Below, piece after piece: positions 1 through 9,880 of a DNA stretch of 32,000 bases. This DNA comes from Formosa sp. Hel1_33_131 (lineage in GTDB: Bacteria > Bacteroidota > Bacteroidia > Flavobacteriales > Flavobacteriaceae): NCBI RefSeq assembly GCF_001735745.1, contig NZ_CP017260.1:1830001-1862000 (forward strand), given 5' to 3'. Made by a program: the position numbers and the translations under genes. Within the stretch, counting starts at the first letter, position 1, and every line of letters begins with the position of its first letter. Under the pieces are notes generated by a model. It was not told the DNA's origin and searched no databases. It saw only the letters and a list, made by a program, of their open reading frames with translations.

Positions 1-295
1 CCATTTCAGCAATCGCTCTGATTTCACTTTTGGCTTGTCCCAGACAACAACTCATGGTCATGGAACAGGTATCTCCTTTTTCCAGATAATAGAGCAGTAA
101 CTCGTCACCGTCAGAATCGTCTCTTAAGACTTTAATAGCACCGGATAGTAATAAAGGCATCCCTTTGATGTAGTCTCCGATTTCTATCATCTTATAGCCA
201 GCCGGAACGTCCTTAAAAGTGCCTACTTGTGAAATTTCTTCAAGTAATGCCTCTTCAAATTGATGTCCGTAACTTGCTTTTAACTCTTGAATCAT
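1..295 (-). CDS. Crp/Fnr-family transcriptional regulator, N-terminal cNMP-binding part (gene runs off the left edge)
   Basis: Hand translation of the minus strand from ATG at 295 stays open to position 1: MIQELKASYGHQFEEALLEEISQVGTFKDVPAGYKMIEIGDYIKGMPLLLSGAIKVLRDDSDGDELLLYYLEKGDTCSMTMSCCLGQAKSEIRAIAEM. The pattern is typical of cyclic-nucleotide-binding domains of Crp/Fnr regulators. It is absent from the ORF track because it is truncated. Confidence 0.75.
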   Translation of the reverse strand, partial: MIQELKASYGHQFEEALLEEISQVGTFKDVPAGYKMIEIGDYIKGMPLLLSGAIKVLRDDSDGDELLLYYLEKGDTCSMTMSCCLGQAKSEIRAIAEM

Positions 296-374
296 GTTTT
301 TTAACTTTTGTATATAATAACTAAATCAGTGCTTTTTATTTTTTACAAAACTAGAACTTAAAAACCTTCTTTGT

Positions 375-390
375 TGTAACATAGGTTACA
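375..390. promoter_or_regulatory. Candidate Crp/Fnr-type operator (perfect 16-bp palindrome)
   Basis: TGTAACATAGGTTACA (TGTAA-N6-TTACA) lies about 80 nt upstream of the Crp/Fnr-family gene start, in the divergent intergenic region. The dyad geometry matches CRP/FNR boxes (TGTGA-N6-TCACA). Confidence 0.35.
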
Positions 391-544
391 TTTAGGACTT
401 CTTAAATCGTCTGGTCCAATTGTTTTAAAACTAACCCATTTTTATGAAAACCACAATATAATGAAGCAGATTCTACGAAAGCTCATTTGTTTTTCGTAAA
501 TTTAGTATCCTTTCTACACTTAACCAATTTTAAATCAACTAGTC

Positions 545-1438
545 ATGATCTCAAAATTAAATGCACTTTTTTACAATTCAGTGCTGTCTGAAACTGTAAA
601 AAATAAGGTAGAACAGTTTATTCTTATTATTGCTATCCTCAGTTTTTTAGCACACCTTATCACTATTTATTTGGTGCAAAACCAGCTGATTGTGATTCCT
701 GAAGGGCTCAATTTTTTTGATTCTCCAATCGCAGCGATTTACACCCCCTTTTCTTTTATCCTGATCTATGAAGTTTATCTGTTAATTTTCTATTTGCCGC
801 GGTCGATCACCACCTATATTGGCAAGCAATATGAGATTATTACACTGATTGTCATCCGACGTATTTTCAAAGATTTGGCCAATTTAGAGCTCAATTCAGA
901 TTGGTTTGACATCAAAAACGATCTTAATTTCACCTATGATATTATCACCGCATTATTGCTGTTTTTTATGATCTATTTGTTCTCATTAGAACGTCAAAAA
1001 TTACACATATCAAATAAAGTAAATACGCTAGAACCTGCTCAAATTGAACAATTTATAGCCATCAAAAAGTTTATGGCAACAATTTTAGTGCCCATTTTTA
1101 TTGGGATTGGACTGGTCACCTTTGGAAGTTGGGTTTTTCAAAATACACCCGAAAATTTGTCCCTCGCCTTAAAAGATGTCAACAGTATTTTCTTTGATGA
1201 ATTTTTCGCGATTCTAATAATTGTCGATGTATTCCTGTTGCTCTTTTCATTTTTCTATACCGATCAATTTCATAAAGTCATAAGAAACTCAGGGTTTATC
1301 ATTTCAACCATTCTTATTCGTTTGTCCTTCTCTGTAGATGGACTACTGAATAATTGTTTGATTATTGGATCGATCGGGTTTGGACTCCTGATTTTATGGA
1401 TACACAACCGCTTTGAAAAAAACATTAAACCTGTATAA
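545..1438 (+). CDS. Polytopic membrane protein, family not recognised
   Basis: 297-aa ORF with an ATG start. It is very hydrophobic with several TM-like segments. No motif recognised. Confidence 0.7.
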   Translation: MISKLNALFYNSVLSETVKNKVEQFILIIAILSFLAHLITIYLVQNQLIVIPEGLNFFDSPIAAIYTPFSFILIYEVYLLIFYLPRSITTYIGKQYEIITLIVIRRIFKDLANLELNSDWFDIKNDLNFTYDIITALLLFFMIYLFSLERQKLHISNKVNTLEPAQIEQFIAIKKFMATILVPIFIGIGLVTFGSWVFQNTPENLSLALKDVNSIFFDEFFAILIIVDVFLLLFSFFYTDQFHKVIRNSGFIISTILIRLSFSVDGLLNNCLIIGSIGFGLLILWIHNRFEKNIKPV

Positions 1439-1471
1439 CTAAAAAAGCCGTTCAAAAAGTCTTTTTCTTGT

Positions 1472-1583
1472 CAAGCTGAACCTGCCTACCGTCAGGCAAG
1501 TTTACCTACCGAAAGTAGGCTTGTTTCAGCTTCTCATAGTTATTGATTTTCAATTCTTCGAGATTCTGAAATAAATTCAGAAT
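1472..1583. repeat. Nested GC-rich hairpin module between convergent genes (REP-like, possible bidirectional terminator)
   Basis: AGCTGAA (1474-1480) pairs with TTCAGCT (1525-1531). This stem encloses TGCCT-accgtc-AGGCA and CCTAC-cgaaa-GTAGG. A further hairpin ATTCTGAA-ataaa-TTCAGAAT follows at 1563-1583. Confidence 0.5.
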
Positions 1584-1619
1584 GACATGTTTATTTGTTT
1601 TTTAGACAGCCTCTTTTTC

Positions 1620-4112
1620 TTATTTCGGGTCTAAAATTAAATTGATCCGTTCCACAGCATCCCTCAAGTGAATTTTATTCATGCCATTCGAAGTTTTTGA
1701 AATGCTCGAGCTGATCAGGTTTCTCAAGGTTTTCAATTCTGCTCTTACTATCGCACGAATATCAGATTGACTGGTATTGACAGCCGTCGATTTCACATAA
1801 TCACTGCCCCGTCGTTTGCTCTGATTTTCGACAGTCATCAAATATGCCAATCGATCCATATGAGCCCGTTGTAAATTCCGTCGGTACGTGTCTATTTTTC
1901 GTCCTGAGTACAACTCACTCCAAATGCCTGTTCTCAAATCCCGCGTCATACTTCGGAGGGTATATGCATCAGAACCATTCATGGTTTCATTTTCAATCAT
2001 GCGCGCCATCTTCCCTAAACTCAAAATTGTTTTTAAGGTTCGTTCTTGCAGTCTTCGGATGCGCTCAATGGAACCGGAATATTCAATACGTTCAAAAATG
2101 GTTGGGTCAATCAACCATTCCGGAGTTTGGAATAATTGTGCGTTGATAAATTTCAACGCATTTTTTTGATGTTCCTTATCTACATAAGTATAGACTGCGC
2201 CTGCTTGATCGGCAGTTTTGTACTGCTCATAAACACCCCCTATATTGTTGGCAACATGGCCCATATAACGACTAAATTGAGAGAGCAATTGCCCGTACAT
2301 ATCATTTAAATCAGAGTAATCTTCTCCTGTTTCCGTCGTCCACTCGATGAGGTTTGGAACAATACGTTTTAAATTTTTAATCCCATAGGTACTTGCTAAA
2401 ATAGCGTCATCTCCAAGGTCTTCTGTTTGTGAACTTGGATCTACGACATCCCCCACTTGTTGATGACCAAAACGGTACATCGGATCGCCAGCATGTTCCA
2501 AAATCCAACTGTTAAGCGTCTCTTTTTCGGCTTCGGCAGTCGTATCTAAAATGGGTTTATACCCCCAAGCAATGGCATACTTGTCATACACTCCAACATC
2601 TGGCATCAAGGCCACGCCTGTATCTTCGGGTTGCGCGATGTAATTGAAACGGGCATAATCCATAATGGAAGGTGCCGTTCCATATTTTTGAGTAAAAGCA
2701 GCGTTGCGTAAATCTTCGACTTTATAGGCACAACTACTTCCCATATTGTGAGGCAGTCCCAAGGTATGACCAACTTCGTGAGCCGATACAAATCGGATCA
2801 AACGTCCCATCACTTCATCTTTAAATTCTGGCATTCGTGCTTCCGGATTGATAGCCGATGTTTGCACAAAAAACCAACGTCTTAATAAGGTCATCACATT
2901 GTGATACCAATTGATATCACTTTCTAAAATCTCACCTGTTCGTGGGTCACTTACATGAGGGCCATTGGCATTCGGAATTGGAGAGGCGAGGTAGCGCACC
3001 ACCGAATAACGAACATCTTCTGGGCTCCATTCAGGATCTTCTTCTGGGGTTGGTGGATCGGCTGCAATGATGGCGTTTTTAAAACCAGCCGCTTCAAAAG
3101 CAACTTGCCAATCCTCAATCCCTTGTTTGATGTATATACGCCATTTTTCAGGCGTCGCACGGTCCACATAATATACAATCTTTTTTTTAGGTTCTACAAG
3201 CTCACCTGCTTTGAATTTCTCTAAGTCTTCCTCTTTAACTTCCAGTCTCCAACGGTCCAAAAAGGTCACCTCTTTACTGCGGTGATCGTCCAAGCCATAA
3301 TCCACTTGACCCCTTGCAAACCAACCCACACGCTTGTCAAAATAGCGACGTTTCATCAACTTTTCAGGCAATAAAATCATAGAATTATTAATCTCTATAG
3401 AAATGGTTCCTGTACTAGAATTTGAAGGAGCATTGGTCGCCGCATAGGTTTTAACGTGGCGCGCTTCAATATTTTTAGGGTAACTTTTTACACTTTCTAT
3501 AAAGGATTTCTCACTTTCTAAACGGGTCGCTTTATAGCGTTTTCTGGAACGGGAAGACAGTCCGAGTGCTTTGACATCTTTATTAAATAAATCAGTCACA
3601 TCAATCACCGTCGCAGTAGAGTCAACACTAAATGCTTTTATAGGAAAGGTATATAAAACAGGTTCAAAATTTGAATTGACGACCGCCTCATGAACGGGGA
3701 GGGAATCGGCTGCAAAAACTTCATAAGAAACAACTCTTAAAATTACTTTTTTGTCTTTCTTTTGCCATCTTAAAACTTGTGTGTTTTGTTTTCCACCACC
3801 AAATCCAACGCCTGAAGCTGTTTTGGAGATACGCGTTACCATCAACATTTCTTTGTCAAAAAGTGTGTCAGGGATTTCATAAAAAAAGCTATCGTCTATT
3901 TTATGAACCGTAAACAATCCTTCATCTGATTGTGCGTCTTTAGTGATCACCTTTGCATAAGGCTTGATAGCGTCTTTTTTAGGTTTTGGATCTGGTTTTT
4001 TAGCTGCTTTGGCAGCTTCTGCCTTTCTTTTAGACGTTGATTTGATGCTGATACACGACTCAATAGAGACGAATGCAAGTAGCAAAAGGGTGAATAAAAT
4101 TAACTTTTTCAT
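1620..4112 (-). CDS. Secreted zinc-dependent metalloprotease (Met-zincin type, large Bacteroidota family)
   Basis: 830-aa ORF with an N-terminal signal/lipoprotein-like leader (LLLLAFVSIESC). It carries the HExxH zinc motif HEVGHTLGLPHN. Size and layout resemble the 'zinc-dependent metalloprotease' family common in Flavobacteriia. Confidence 0.85.
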   Translation of the reverse strand: MKKLILFTLLLLAFVSIESCISIKSTSKRKAEAAKAAKKPDPKPKKDAIKPYAKVITKDAQSDEGLFTVHKIDDSFFYEIPDTLFDKEMLMVTRISKTASGVGFGGGKQNTQVLRWQKKDKKVILRVVSYEVFAADSLPVHEAVVNSNFEPVLYTFPIKAFSVDSTATVIDVTDLFNKDVKALGLSSRSRKRYKATRLESEKSFIESVKSYPKNIEARHVKTYAATNAPSNSSTGTISIEINNSMILLPEKLMKRRYFDKRVGWFARGQVDYGLDDHRSKEVTFLDRWRLEVKEEDLEKFKAGELVEPKKKIVYYVDRATPEKWRIYIKQGIEDWQVAFEAAGFKNAIIAADPPTPEEDPEWSPEDVRYSVVRYLASPIPNANGPHVSDPRTGEILESDINWYHNVMTLLRRWFFVQTSAINPEARMPEFKDEVMGRLIRFVSAHEVGHTLGLPHNMGSSCAYKVEDLRNAAFTQKYGTAPSIMDYARFNYIAQPEDTGVALMPDVGVYDKYAIAWGYKPILDTTAEAEKETLNSWILEHAGDPMYRFGHQQVGDVVDPSSQTEDLGDDAILASTYGIKNLKRIVPNLIEWTTETGEDYSDLNDMYGQLLSQFSRYMGHVANNIGGVYEQYKTADQAGAVYTYVDKEHQKNALKFINAQLFQTPEWLIDPTIFERIEYSGSIERIRRLQERTLKTILSLGKMARMIENETMNGSDAYTLRSMTRDLRTGIWSELYSGRKIDTYRRNLQRAHMDRLAYLMTVENQSKRRGSDYVKSTAVNTSQSDIRAIVRAELKTLRNLISSSISKTSNGMNKIHLRDAVERINLILDPK

Positions 4113-4203
4113 TTAATTATTCTTTTAGTTTGTGAATTAAAAAGTGAATATAATAATTCTTTAACCAAAACAACAAGCCTACCCTTGTAAAGTCAAAATT
4201 AAT

Positions 4204-5901
4204 TTAGCCTAAAAACTCAACAACTAGCACATCATCAGTCTTATAGACTTTTGCGAGTTCTTTTGATGTCAGTCCTTTGATGCCTTTATCCCAACCTTTA
4301 TTACTCAGTCCAGACTGTGTTTTTAAGTCTGCTAATTGAATACCAGAATTGGATTTTAAGACCTCAAAAACCGCTTTTTCGTTATCACTTAAAACCAATG
4401 CTTGTTTCTCTGGTTTCATTTGTGGAAAAAATAACACTTCTTGAATCGATGCATTATTGGTTAGAAACATAATCAAACGGTCCATCCCGATGCCCATCCC
4501 TGAAGTTGGCGGCATGCCGTATTCGAGCGCTCTTAAAAAGTCTTCATCAATAAACTCCGTTGCTTCATCATCTCCTTTTTGCGCCAATTTTAGTTGGTGC
4601 TCAAAACGTTCGCGTTGGTCAATAGGATCGTTTAATTCTGAGTATGCATTCGCAATTTCTTTCCCACAAACCATTAATTCAAAACGTTCTGTAAGCTCAG
4701 GGTTTTCGCGATGTTCTTTACACAAAGGACTCATCTCTTTTGGATAGTCTGTGATGTACGTCGGTTGTATGTAATTCCCTTCACATTTTTCTCCAAAAAT
4801 CTCATCAATCAATTTGCCTTTCCCCATGGTGTTGTCCACTTCAACGCCTAAATCTTTAGCCGCTGCGCGAATCTCATCTTCTGTTTTTCCAGCGATATCA
4901 AAACCAGTAAATTCCTTTATAGAATCCGCCATGGTGATTCTAGCATAAGGCGCTTTAAAATCGATTTCATGCTCGCCAAAAGTCGTTTTTGTGGTGCCAT
5001 TCACGGCGATGGAACAATGTTCTAGCAATTGCTCACAAAATTCCATCATCCAATTGTAATCTTTGTAAGCCACATAAATTTCCATCGCTGTAAACTCTGG
5101 ATTGTGAGTACGGTCCATCCCTTCATTTCTGAAGTTTTTAGAAAACTCATAGACCCCATCAAATCCACCGACAATCAATCGTTTTAAATACAATTCATTG
5201 GCAATTCGCATGTACAATGGAATGTCCAAACTGTTGTGATGTGTCATAAACGGACGTGCCGCAGCACCTCCAGCAATCGGTTGTAAAATGGGCGTTTCTA
5301 CCTCAAAATAACCAGCCTCGTTAAAGAAACTACGCATGGCATTGAAAAGTTTAGTTCGTTTTACAAAAACTTCTTTGACATGAGGGTTGACCACCAAATC
5401 GGCATACCGCTGACGGTAGCGCATTTCGGGATCATTAAACTCATCGTATGTATTGCCTTCCGCATCTGTTTTTGGAAGCGGTAAGGGTTTCAATGCTTTG
5501 GATAACAGTTTGAAGTGTTTTACCAACACTGTTTTTTCGCCTACTTGTGTGGTAAAAAGTTCACCTTCAATCCCAATAAAATCACCCAAATCGAGCAATT
5601 TTTTAAAGACATCGTTATAGAGACTTTTATCTTCATCAGGACAAACTTCATCTCTGTTGATGTAAATCTGGATACGGCCTTCACTGTCTTGAAGTTCCGC
5701 AAATGCCGCTTTTCCTTGTATCTTTTTTCGCATCAAACGTCCGGCCAAAACCACTTTAGTACCTTCTGAAAAATCAGATTTGACCTTAGCACTGCTGTGG
5801 GTTACGGGGAATAAATCAGCGGGATAAGGATTGATTCCTAACGCACGTAATTTTGATAGTTTTTCTCGACGGACAATTTCTTGTTCTGAAAGCTGCGACA
5901 T
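4204..5901 (-). CDS. lysS: Lysine--tRNA ligase (class II)
   Basis: Full-length similarity to bacterial LysS: N-terminal OB/anticodon-binding part, then a class II core with FRNEG, ELNDP and GMGIGMDRL motifs. Start placed at ATG 5901 (MSQLSEQEIVRREKL). The ORF-track start at 5928 is a TTG. Confidence 0.95.
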   Translation of the reverse strand: MSQLSEQEIVRREKLSKLRALGINPYPADLFPVTHSSAKVKSDFSEGTKVVLAGRLMRKKIQGKAAFAELQDSEGRIQIYINRDEVCPDEDKSLYNDVFKKLLDLGDFIGIEGELFTTQVGEKTVLVKHFKLLSKALKPLPLPKTDAEGNTYDEFNDPEMRYRQRYADLVVNPHVKEVFVKRTKLFNAMRSFFNEAGYFEVETPILQPIAGGAAARPFMTHHNSLDIPLYMRIANELYLKRLIVGGFDGVYEFSKNFRNEGMDRTHNPEFTAMEIYVAYKDYNWMMEFCEQLLEHCSIAVNGTTKTTFGEHEIDFKAPYARITMADSIKEFTGFDIAGKTEDEIRAAAKDLGVEVDNTMGKGKLIDEIFGEKCEGNYIQPTYITDYPKEMSPLCKEHRENPELTERFELMVCGKEIANAYSELNDPIDQRERFEHQLKLAQKGDDEATEFIDEDFLRALEYGMPPTSGMGIGMDRLIMFLTNNASIQEVLFFPQMKPEKQALVLSDNEKAVFEVLKSNSGIQLADLKTQSGLSNKGWDKGIKGLTSKELAKVYKTDDVLVVEFLG

Positions 5902-6045
5902 AATACTCTGATAAAATTTAAGACACAAAGATAACGACTATTGCTTAGGATTTCAATTAAAGCGGTATAAATCCTCCATTGCTTTTGTAACGTTCTATTA
6001 AAAGATACGTCTTATAGGTATAACTTAATTTAACCCTCTTTTTTT

Positions 6046-6204
6046 ATGAGTATTTGGCGCGTTATAGTCTCTATTTTATTCCCACCCTTAGCCGTGTTTG
6101 ACAAAGGCTGTGGTTCCATAGTCATCGTATTTTTATTAACCCTTTGTGGGTGGGTACCTGGCGTGATTGCAGCACTGGTAATTTTAAACAATCCTAAGTC
6201 ATAA
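6046..6204 (+). CDS. YqaE/Pmp3-family small membrane proteolipid (52 aa)
   Basis: Found by hand because it is below the ORF-track size cutoff: MSIWRVIVSILFPPLAVFDKGCGSIVIVFLLTLCGWVPGVIAALVILNNPKS. Two TM helices and the PPLAV...LLT.CGW.PG.I.A pattern are typical of the UPF0057/Pmp3 family. Confidence 0.75.
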   Translation: MSIWRVIVSILFPPLAVFDKGCGSIVIVFLLTLCGWVPGVIAALVILNNPKS

Positions 6205-6223
6205 ATCTGTATATTTGCCGCCT

Positions 6224-6922
6224 ATGAATAAAGGCGTCAACATACAGGATCTGGGACTCAAAGATTACAAGGAAGCTTGGGATTATCAAGAGACCTTATT
6301 TAAGGAGACCATTGATATTAAAATTAAAAACCGTCGCGAATCTGCGGGTTTAAGCACTCCAAACCATTTGTTGTTTGTCAGTCATCCGCATGTCTATACT
6401 TTGGGTAAAAGTGGTGACATGTCCAATCTTTTGTTGTCCGAAGCTCAGTTAGAATCCAAAGGGGCTACTTTTTATAAAATCAACCGTGGCGGCGATATTA
6501 CTTATCATGGCCCCGGTCAAGTGGTGGGCTATCCGATTTTAGATCTAGAAAACTTTTTCACAGACATTCATAAATTTCTCCGTTTTTTAGAAGACACCAT
6601 TATTTTAACCTTAGAAGAGTACGGCCTCAAAGCCGAACGAAGCCCCGGCGAAACAGGGGTGTGGTTAGATGTTGGAACCCCTTTTGCACGAAAAATATGC
6701 GCGATGGGTGTGCGTGCAAGCCGTTGGGTGACCATGCACGGGTTTGCTTTAAATGTTAATGCCGATTTAGGTTATTTTGATAACATCATTCCTTGTGGAA
6801 TTCGCGGAAAAGCTGTCACGTCTTTGCATGTCGAACTCGGACAAACCAAGGTCGATGAGGCGGAGGTAAAAGTCAAACTTTTAAAACATTTTCTAAAACT
6901 TTTTGAGGCGACGGAAGTCTAG
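6224..6922 (+). CDS. lipB: Lipoyl(octanoyl) transferase
   Basis: NRGGDITYHGPGQVVGYPIL and IIPCGI (catalytic Cys) motifs. Start placed at ATG 6224 (MNKGVNIQDLG). The ORF-track start at 6215 is non-ATG. Confidence 0.9.
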   Translation: MNKGVNIQDLGLKDYKEAWDYQETLFKETIDIKIKNRRESAGLSTPNHLLFVSHPHVYTLGKSGDMSNLLLSEAQLESKGATFYKINRGGDITYHGPGQVVGYPILDLENFFTDIHKFLRFLEDTIILTLEEYGLKAERSPGETGVWLDVGTPFARKICAMGVRASRWVTMHGFALNVNADLGYFDNIIPCGIRGKAVTSLHVELGQTKVDEAEVKVKLLKHFLKLFEATEV

Positions 6923-9243
6923 TACAGCTGATACATTATTAAGCTGTTAGAATCTCCTTTGGTTACAAACTCAAGGGGTCTGTCTGCATCTGCATTTGCT
7001 AAATCAATAGCACTCGTTCCAAACACAGGAACGCTTGCAAGCGGTTTGGCCTGACTGTCAAACAACCAAATTTTTTGAGCTTGTATATCTGTAATCGAAA
7101 TATAAATTTTATCCCTTAAATAAAACAAACTAGGAGGGGAGTAGCTTCCGTATTCCAAATCTACAGTATAGGATTTTATAGTCAATGTATTCTCGCTTCG
7201 AGTCACCAATGTTTTCGAAGAACTTGTCATGTCGTGCTTTGAGTCAAGCCCCAATGATAGACGGCTAACGGTTCCTTTGGAGTTCACCTGAATTAAATTA
7301 CCCTTCGTATTAGTGGTGGTAAACAGAGAATTGTACAAGTAAATAGCTTCTCCGGAAAAATCAATCGACTCTTTTACCTTCACGCGAATCGCTCCACGTC
7401 GATCCAATAGTTTGAGTTGATTCCCCGAGCTGAATACAATATAGTCTTTCCCCCGAATTCGAAAATGTTTGGGTTGGCTGCCGATGGACTGTGCAGCTTT
7501 ATATTTAAATCCTTTCACAGCTTTCCCTTTAGAATCATACATCAAAAGATTTTTGTTTTGTGTGATCAAAAAACGATAGTTTCGTTGTTTGTCATAATCA
7601 AATACTGCTAATGGTTGCGTAATCTCATCCTTGAACATCAACGGAAATTGGTCAACATTTTTCCCATTCCGATCGATAATATACAGTCTGTTTAGGGTTG
7701 CAAATGCCAGTTGCAAGCGGCCGTTTCTATACAAATCCACCTGCTCCACCTTTCCTAAAATAGCCCCTTTCAGTTTCTTTTTCCAGAAAATGACCCCTTT
7801 ATTTGAAATGAGATATAAATTATGGTCAATATCCTGAACCAGAATATCTTTCTTTTTGGTTCTGTGATTGGTGACAAATACAGGATCCATCAAAATGTCG
7901 TTTGAAAGCGTCAAACTAAATGCTTCGCTAATTTGTGTTTTTGATTGTTTCGATTTTGATTTTTGGAGGATGCTATTCACATGAACGATATGATCGTCTT
8001 TGACCAATTGTAAGGCAGAAAGTTTATAGGCGCTTAAATCTTTTTCCTTAATTGTTGTATCGAAGAGTTCGTTTAAAACAGTTCCCAACGCTTTAGTGTC
8101 AAAATAAGTTTGAAAGGAGGCTTCGTCGCTCAATGCGTTTTGAATTGTTTCATAAGCATAATTGGTTTCAAGCGTATTTTTGTTCAGATAATTTGAAATC
8201 ACAAATTGCAACACCTTTTCAGAGCCTGAAAACACCAAATAATCATCGAGAATGATAAATTTAGTGGGGTTGATTGTGGTTAGTAACGGCCCAAAAGCAT
8301 CTGTGAACAAAGTAGGTTCTGTAAACTCAAACAGCGGTACCGAGCGAAAACTACTCAGCTCATTTTGGAAGCTGCTCAAGGCTTCATAGGTTGCATTTAT
8401 ATCGATAGATTTTAGAGCAATTCCAGTTCCCTCAGAAGTTTCAAAGCTGCCAATTTCTTTAGTGGTACTAAAAAATGCTTTTGCCAGAGTTGATGCTTTT
8501 GACACAAAACCTGCGGAATCAATATTTCGTGTGAGTTGCTCAAAATCGGTATAATTGAAGGAATTAATCCGTGTGCTTTCGGCAGGGATAATCGTTTGCA
8601 AACTCTGGGGTTGAGGTTCCAAAGTTTCAAAAAGAGTAAACCATTTATTTTGAGATTTTTGATCTAAGATCGTACCATTCATCGCAATACTTTCAGGAGT
8701 AATGTTAAATCCAAAATACACAGATTGAGAATTTAATAACGGAATTGATTTTAGTTCGGGAAACGTTTTACAATACACCGAAAATGTATTTGACGTTTGT
8801 TGTAGTTTGGATAATTTGGAATACTCAGAAGTCGATTGCATTTTCACAGATTCAAGAATCACAGCAGAAGTTGAAGCCACCAAAATACTGTCTAAGGTGA
8901 TGTAAGGAATTAAAAGAGTATCAGTTGAATTCAAATTTCTTTGATGCGTAATAAAGGTAAACACTTGTGACTTGGCCTCTTTATTTACACATACCAAAAG
9001 TGGACTCAAACTTTTGAGGCTGTCCAATGGGATGAGTGCTTTTTTCAAGAGTTTAAAAACGCCAGTTTTAGAAATCAAAGCATTGTTGTTAATGGCGCTT
9101 TGAAAACCTTCAAGAGAATTTATAGAGAGCACAACAGAAGCATTTTTTGGAACCAAGTCCTCGATGGAACGCGTTGATTTCTGAGTGTAATTACAACTAA
9201 AAATCGTTAAAATAATCACTAAAAAATATAAAAACTTATGCAT
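6919..9243 (-). CDS. Large secreted/lipoprotein-like protein, family not recognised
   Basis: 774-aa ORF with an ATG start and a signal peptide bearing a lipobox-like FSC. The C-terminal third is rich in short beta-strand-like repeats, possibly a beta-propeller. No named family recognised. Confidence 0.7.
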   Translation of the reverse strand: MHKFLYFLVIILTIFSCNYTQKSTRSIEDLVPKNASVVLSINSLEGFQSAINNNALISKTGVFKLLKKALIPLDSLKSLSPLLVCVNKEAKSQVFTFITHQRNLNSTDTLLIPYITLDSILVASTSAVILESVKMQSTSEYSKLSKLQQTSNTFSVYCKTFPELKSIPLLNSQSVYFGFNITPESIAMNGTILDQKSQNKWFTLFETLEPQPQSLQTIIPAESTRINSFNYTDFEQLTRNIDSAGFVSKASTLAKAFFSTTKEIGSFETSEGTGIALKSIDINATYEALSSFQNELSSFRSVPLFEFTEPTLFTDAFGPLLTTINPTKFIILDDYLVFSGSEKVLQFVISNYLNKNTLETNYAYETIQNALSDEASFQTYFDTKALGTVLNELFDTTIKEKDLSAYKLSALQLVKDDHIVHVNSILQKSKSKQSKTQISEAFSLTLSNDILMDPVFVTNHRTKKKDILVQDIDHNLYLISNKGVIFWKKKLKGAILGKVEQVDLYRNGRLQLAFATLNRLYIIDRNGKNVDQFPLMFKDEITQPLAVFDYDKQRNYRFLITQNKNLLMYDSKGKAVKGFKYKAAQSIGSQPKHFRIRGKDYIVFSSGNQLKLLDRRGAIRVKVKESIDFSGEAIYLYNSLFTTTNTKGNLIQVNSKGTVSRLSLGLDSKHDMTSSSKTLVTRSENTLTIKSYTVDLEYGSYSPPSLFYLRDKIYISITDIQAQKIWLFDSQAKPLASVPVFGTSAIDLANADADRPLEFVTKGDSNSLIMYQLY

Positions 9244-9301
9244 TGGCTGTTATCCTTTATTCGACTCCAAACAAAGATAAGACTTATAATTCAAAAGGAA
9301 G

Positions 9302-9880
9302 TTATTCTGGTAAAAGTCTAAAAGAAAGCCGGTGGTATTTGGTCGTCCCATATTTACGAATCGCTGCGCGGTGTTCTTTCGTCGGATAGCCCTTGTTTTG
9401 TTTCCAATTGTACATCGGAAATTCCTCATGAATTTTTTCCATATACGCATCTCTGTAGGTTTTTGCCAATACTGAAGCCGCAGCAATATTTTGATACTTG
9501 CCATCCCCTTTAATCACCGTCTGGTGGGGTACTTTTTTGAATGCCTTGAACCGATTGCCATCCACACTGATAAACTCCACTTTTTCTAATTTTGCAATCG
9601 CATGATGCATCGCCAAAATAGAGGCGTTTAGGATGTTTATCTTGTCAATTTTTTTAGGGTATATGTGTGCAACCCCATAAGAAACGGCTTGGGTTTCAAT
9701 GATGGGCTTTAGAAAATTTCGTTTTGTATGCGAAAGTTGTTTGGAATCGTTCAGAATTTCATTCGAAAAATCCAAGGGTAAAACAACAGCCGCCGCCGTT
9801 ACAGGGCCCGCCAAACACCCCCGACCTGCTTCGTCTGTACCGCACTCAAATTCTAAATTTGAAACATTTAAGTCCAACAT
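9302..9880 (-). CDS. rnhB: Ribonuclease HII
   Basis: [21 protein letters not shown] catalytic motif and overall RNase HII layout. Start placed at ATG 9880 (MLDLNVS). The ORF-track start at 9940 is a TTG. Confidence 0.9.
   Translation of the reverse strand: MLDLNVSNLEFECGTDEAGRGCLAGPVTAAAVVLPLDFSNEILNDSKQLSHTKRNFLKPIIETQAVSYGVAHIYPKKIDKINILNASILAMHHAIAKLEKVEFISVDGNRFKAFKKVPHQTVIKGDGKYQNIAAASVLAKTYRDAYMEKIHEEFPMYNWKQNKGYPTKEHRAAIRKYGTTKYHRLSFRLLPE

Noticed and set aside
1844-5769. Antisense or alternative-frame ORFs inside the metalloprotease and lysS genes (1844..2146, 1888..2169, 2606..2791, 2951..3224, 4457..4747, 5515..5769)
   Set aside because: They are fully nested in long, well-supported CDSs and have low-complexity or odd composition. 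No independent start context or motif supports them.
5902-5928. N-terminal extensions in the ORF track that begin at TTG (lysS 5928, rnhB 9940, lipB 6215, membrane protein 18949, RDD 19551, PLP enzyme 21835)
   Set aside because: In each case the plus-strand triplet is CAA (TTG) or another non-ATG codon. An in-frame ATG follows shortly and gives an N-terminus matching the family norm or leaves the repeat arms outside the CDS. The trimmed starts were used but remain unverified.
9250-9504. 84-aa minus-strand ORF overlapping the 3' part of rnhB in another frame
   Set aside because: rnhB is supported by catalytic motifs over the same nucleotides. The overlapping frame gives a basic low-complexity product with no support.
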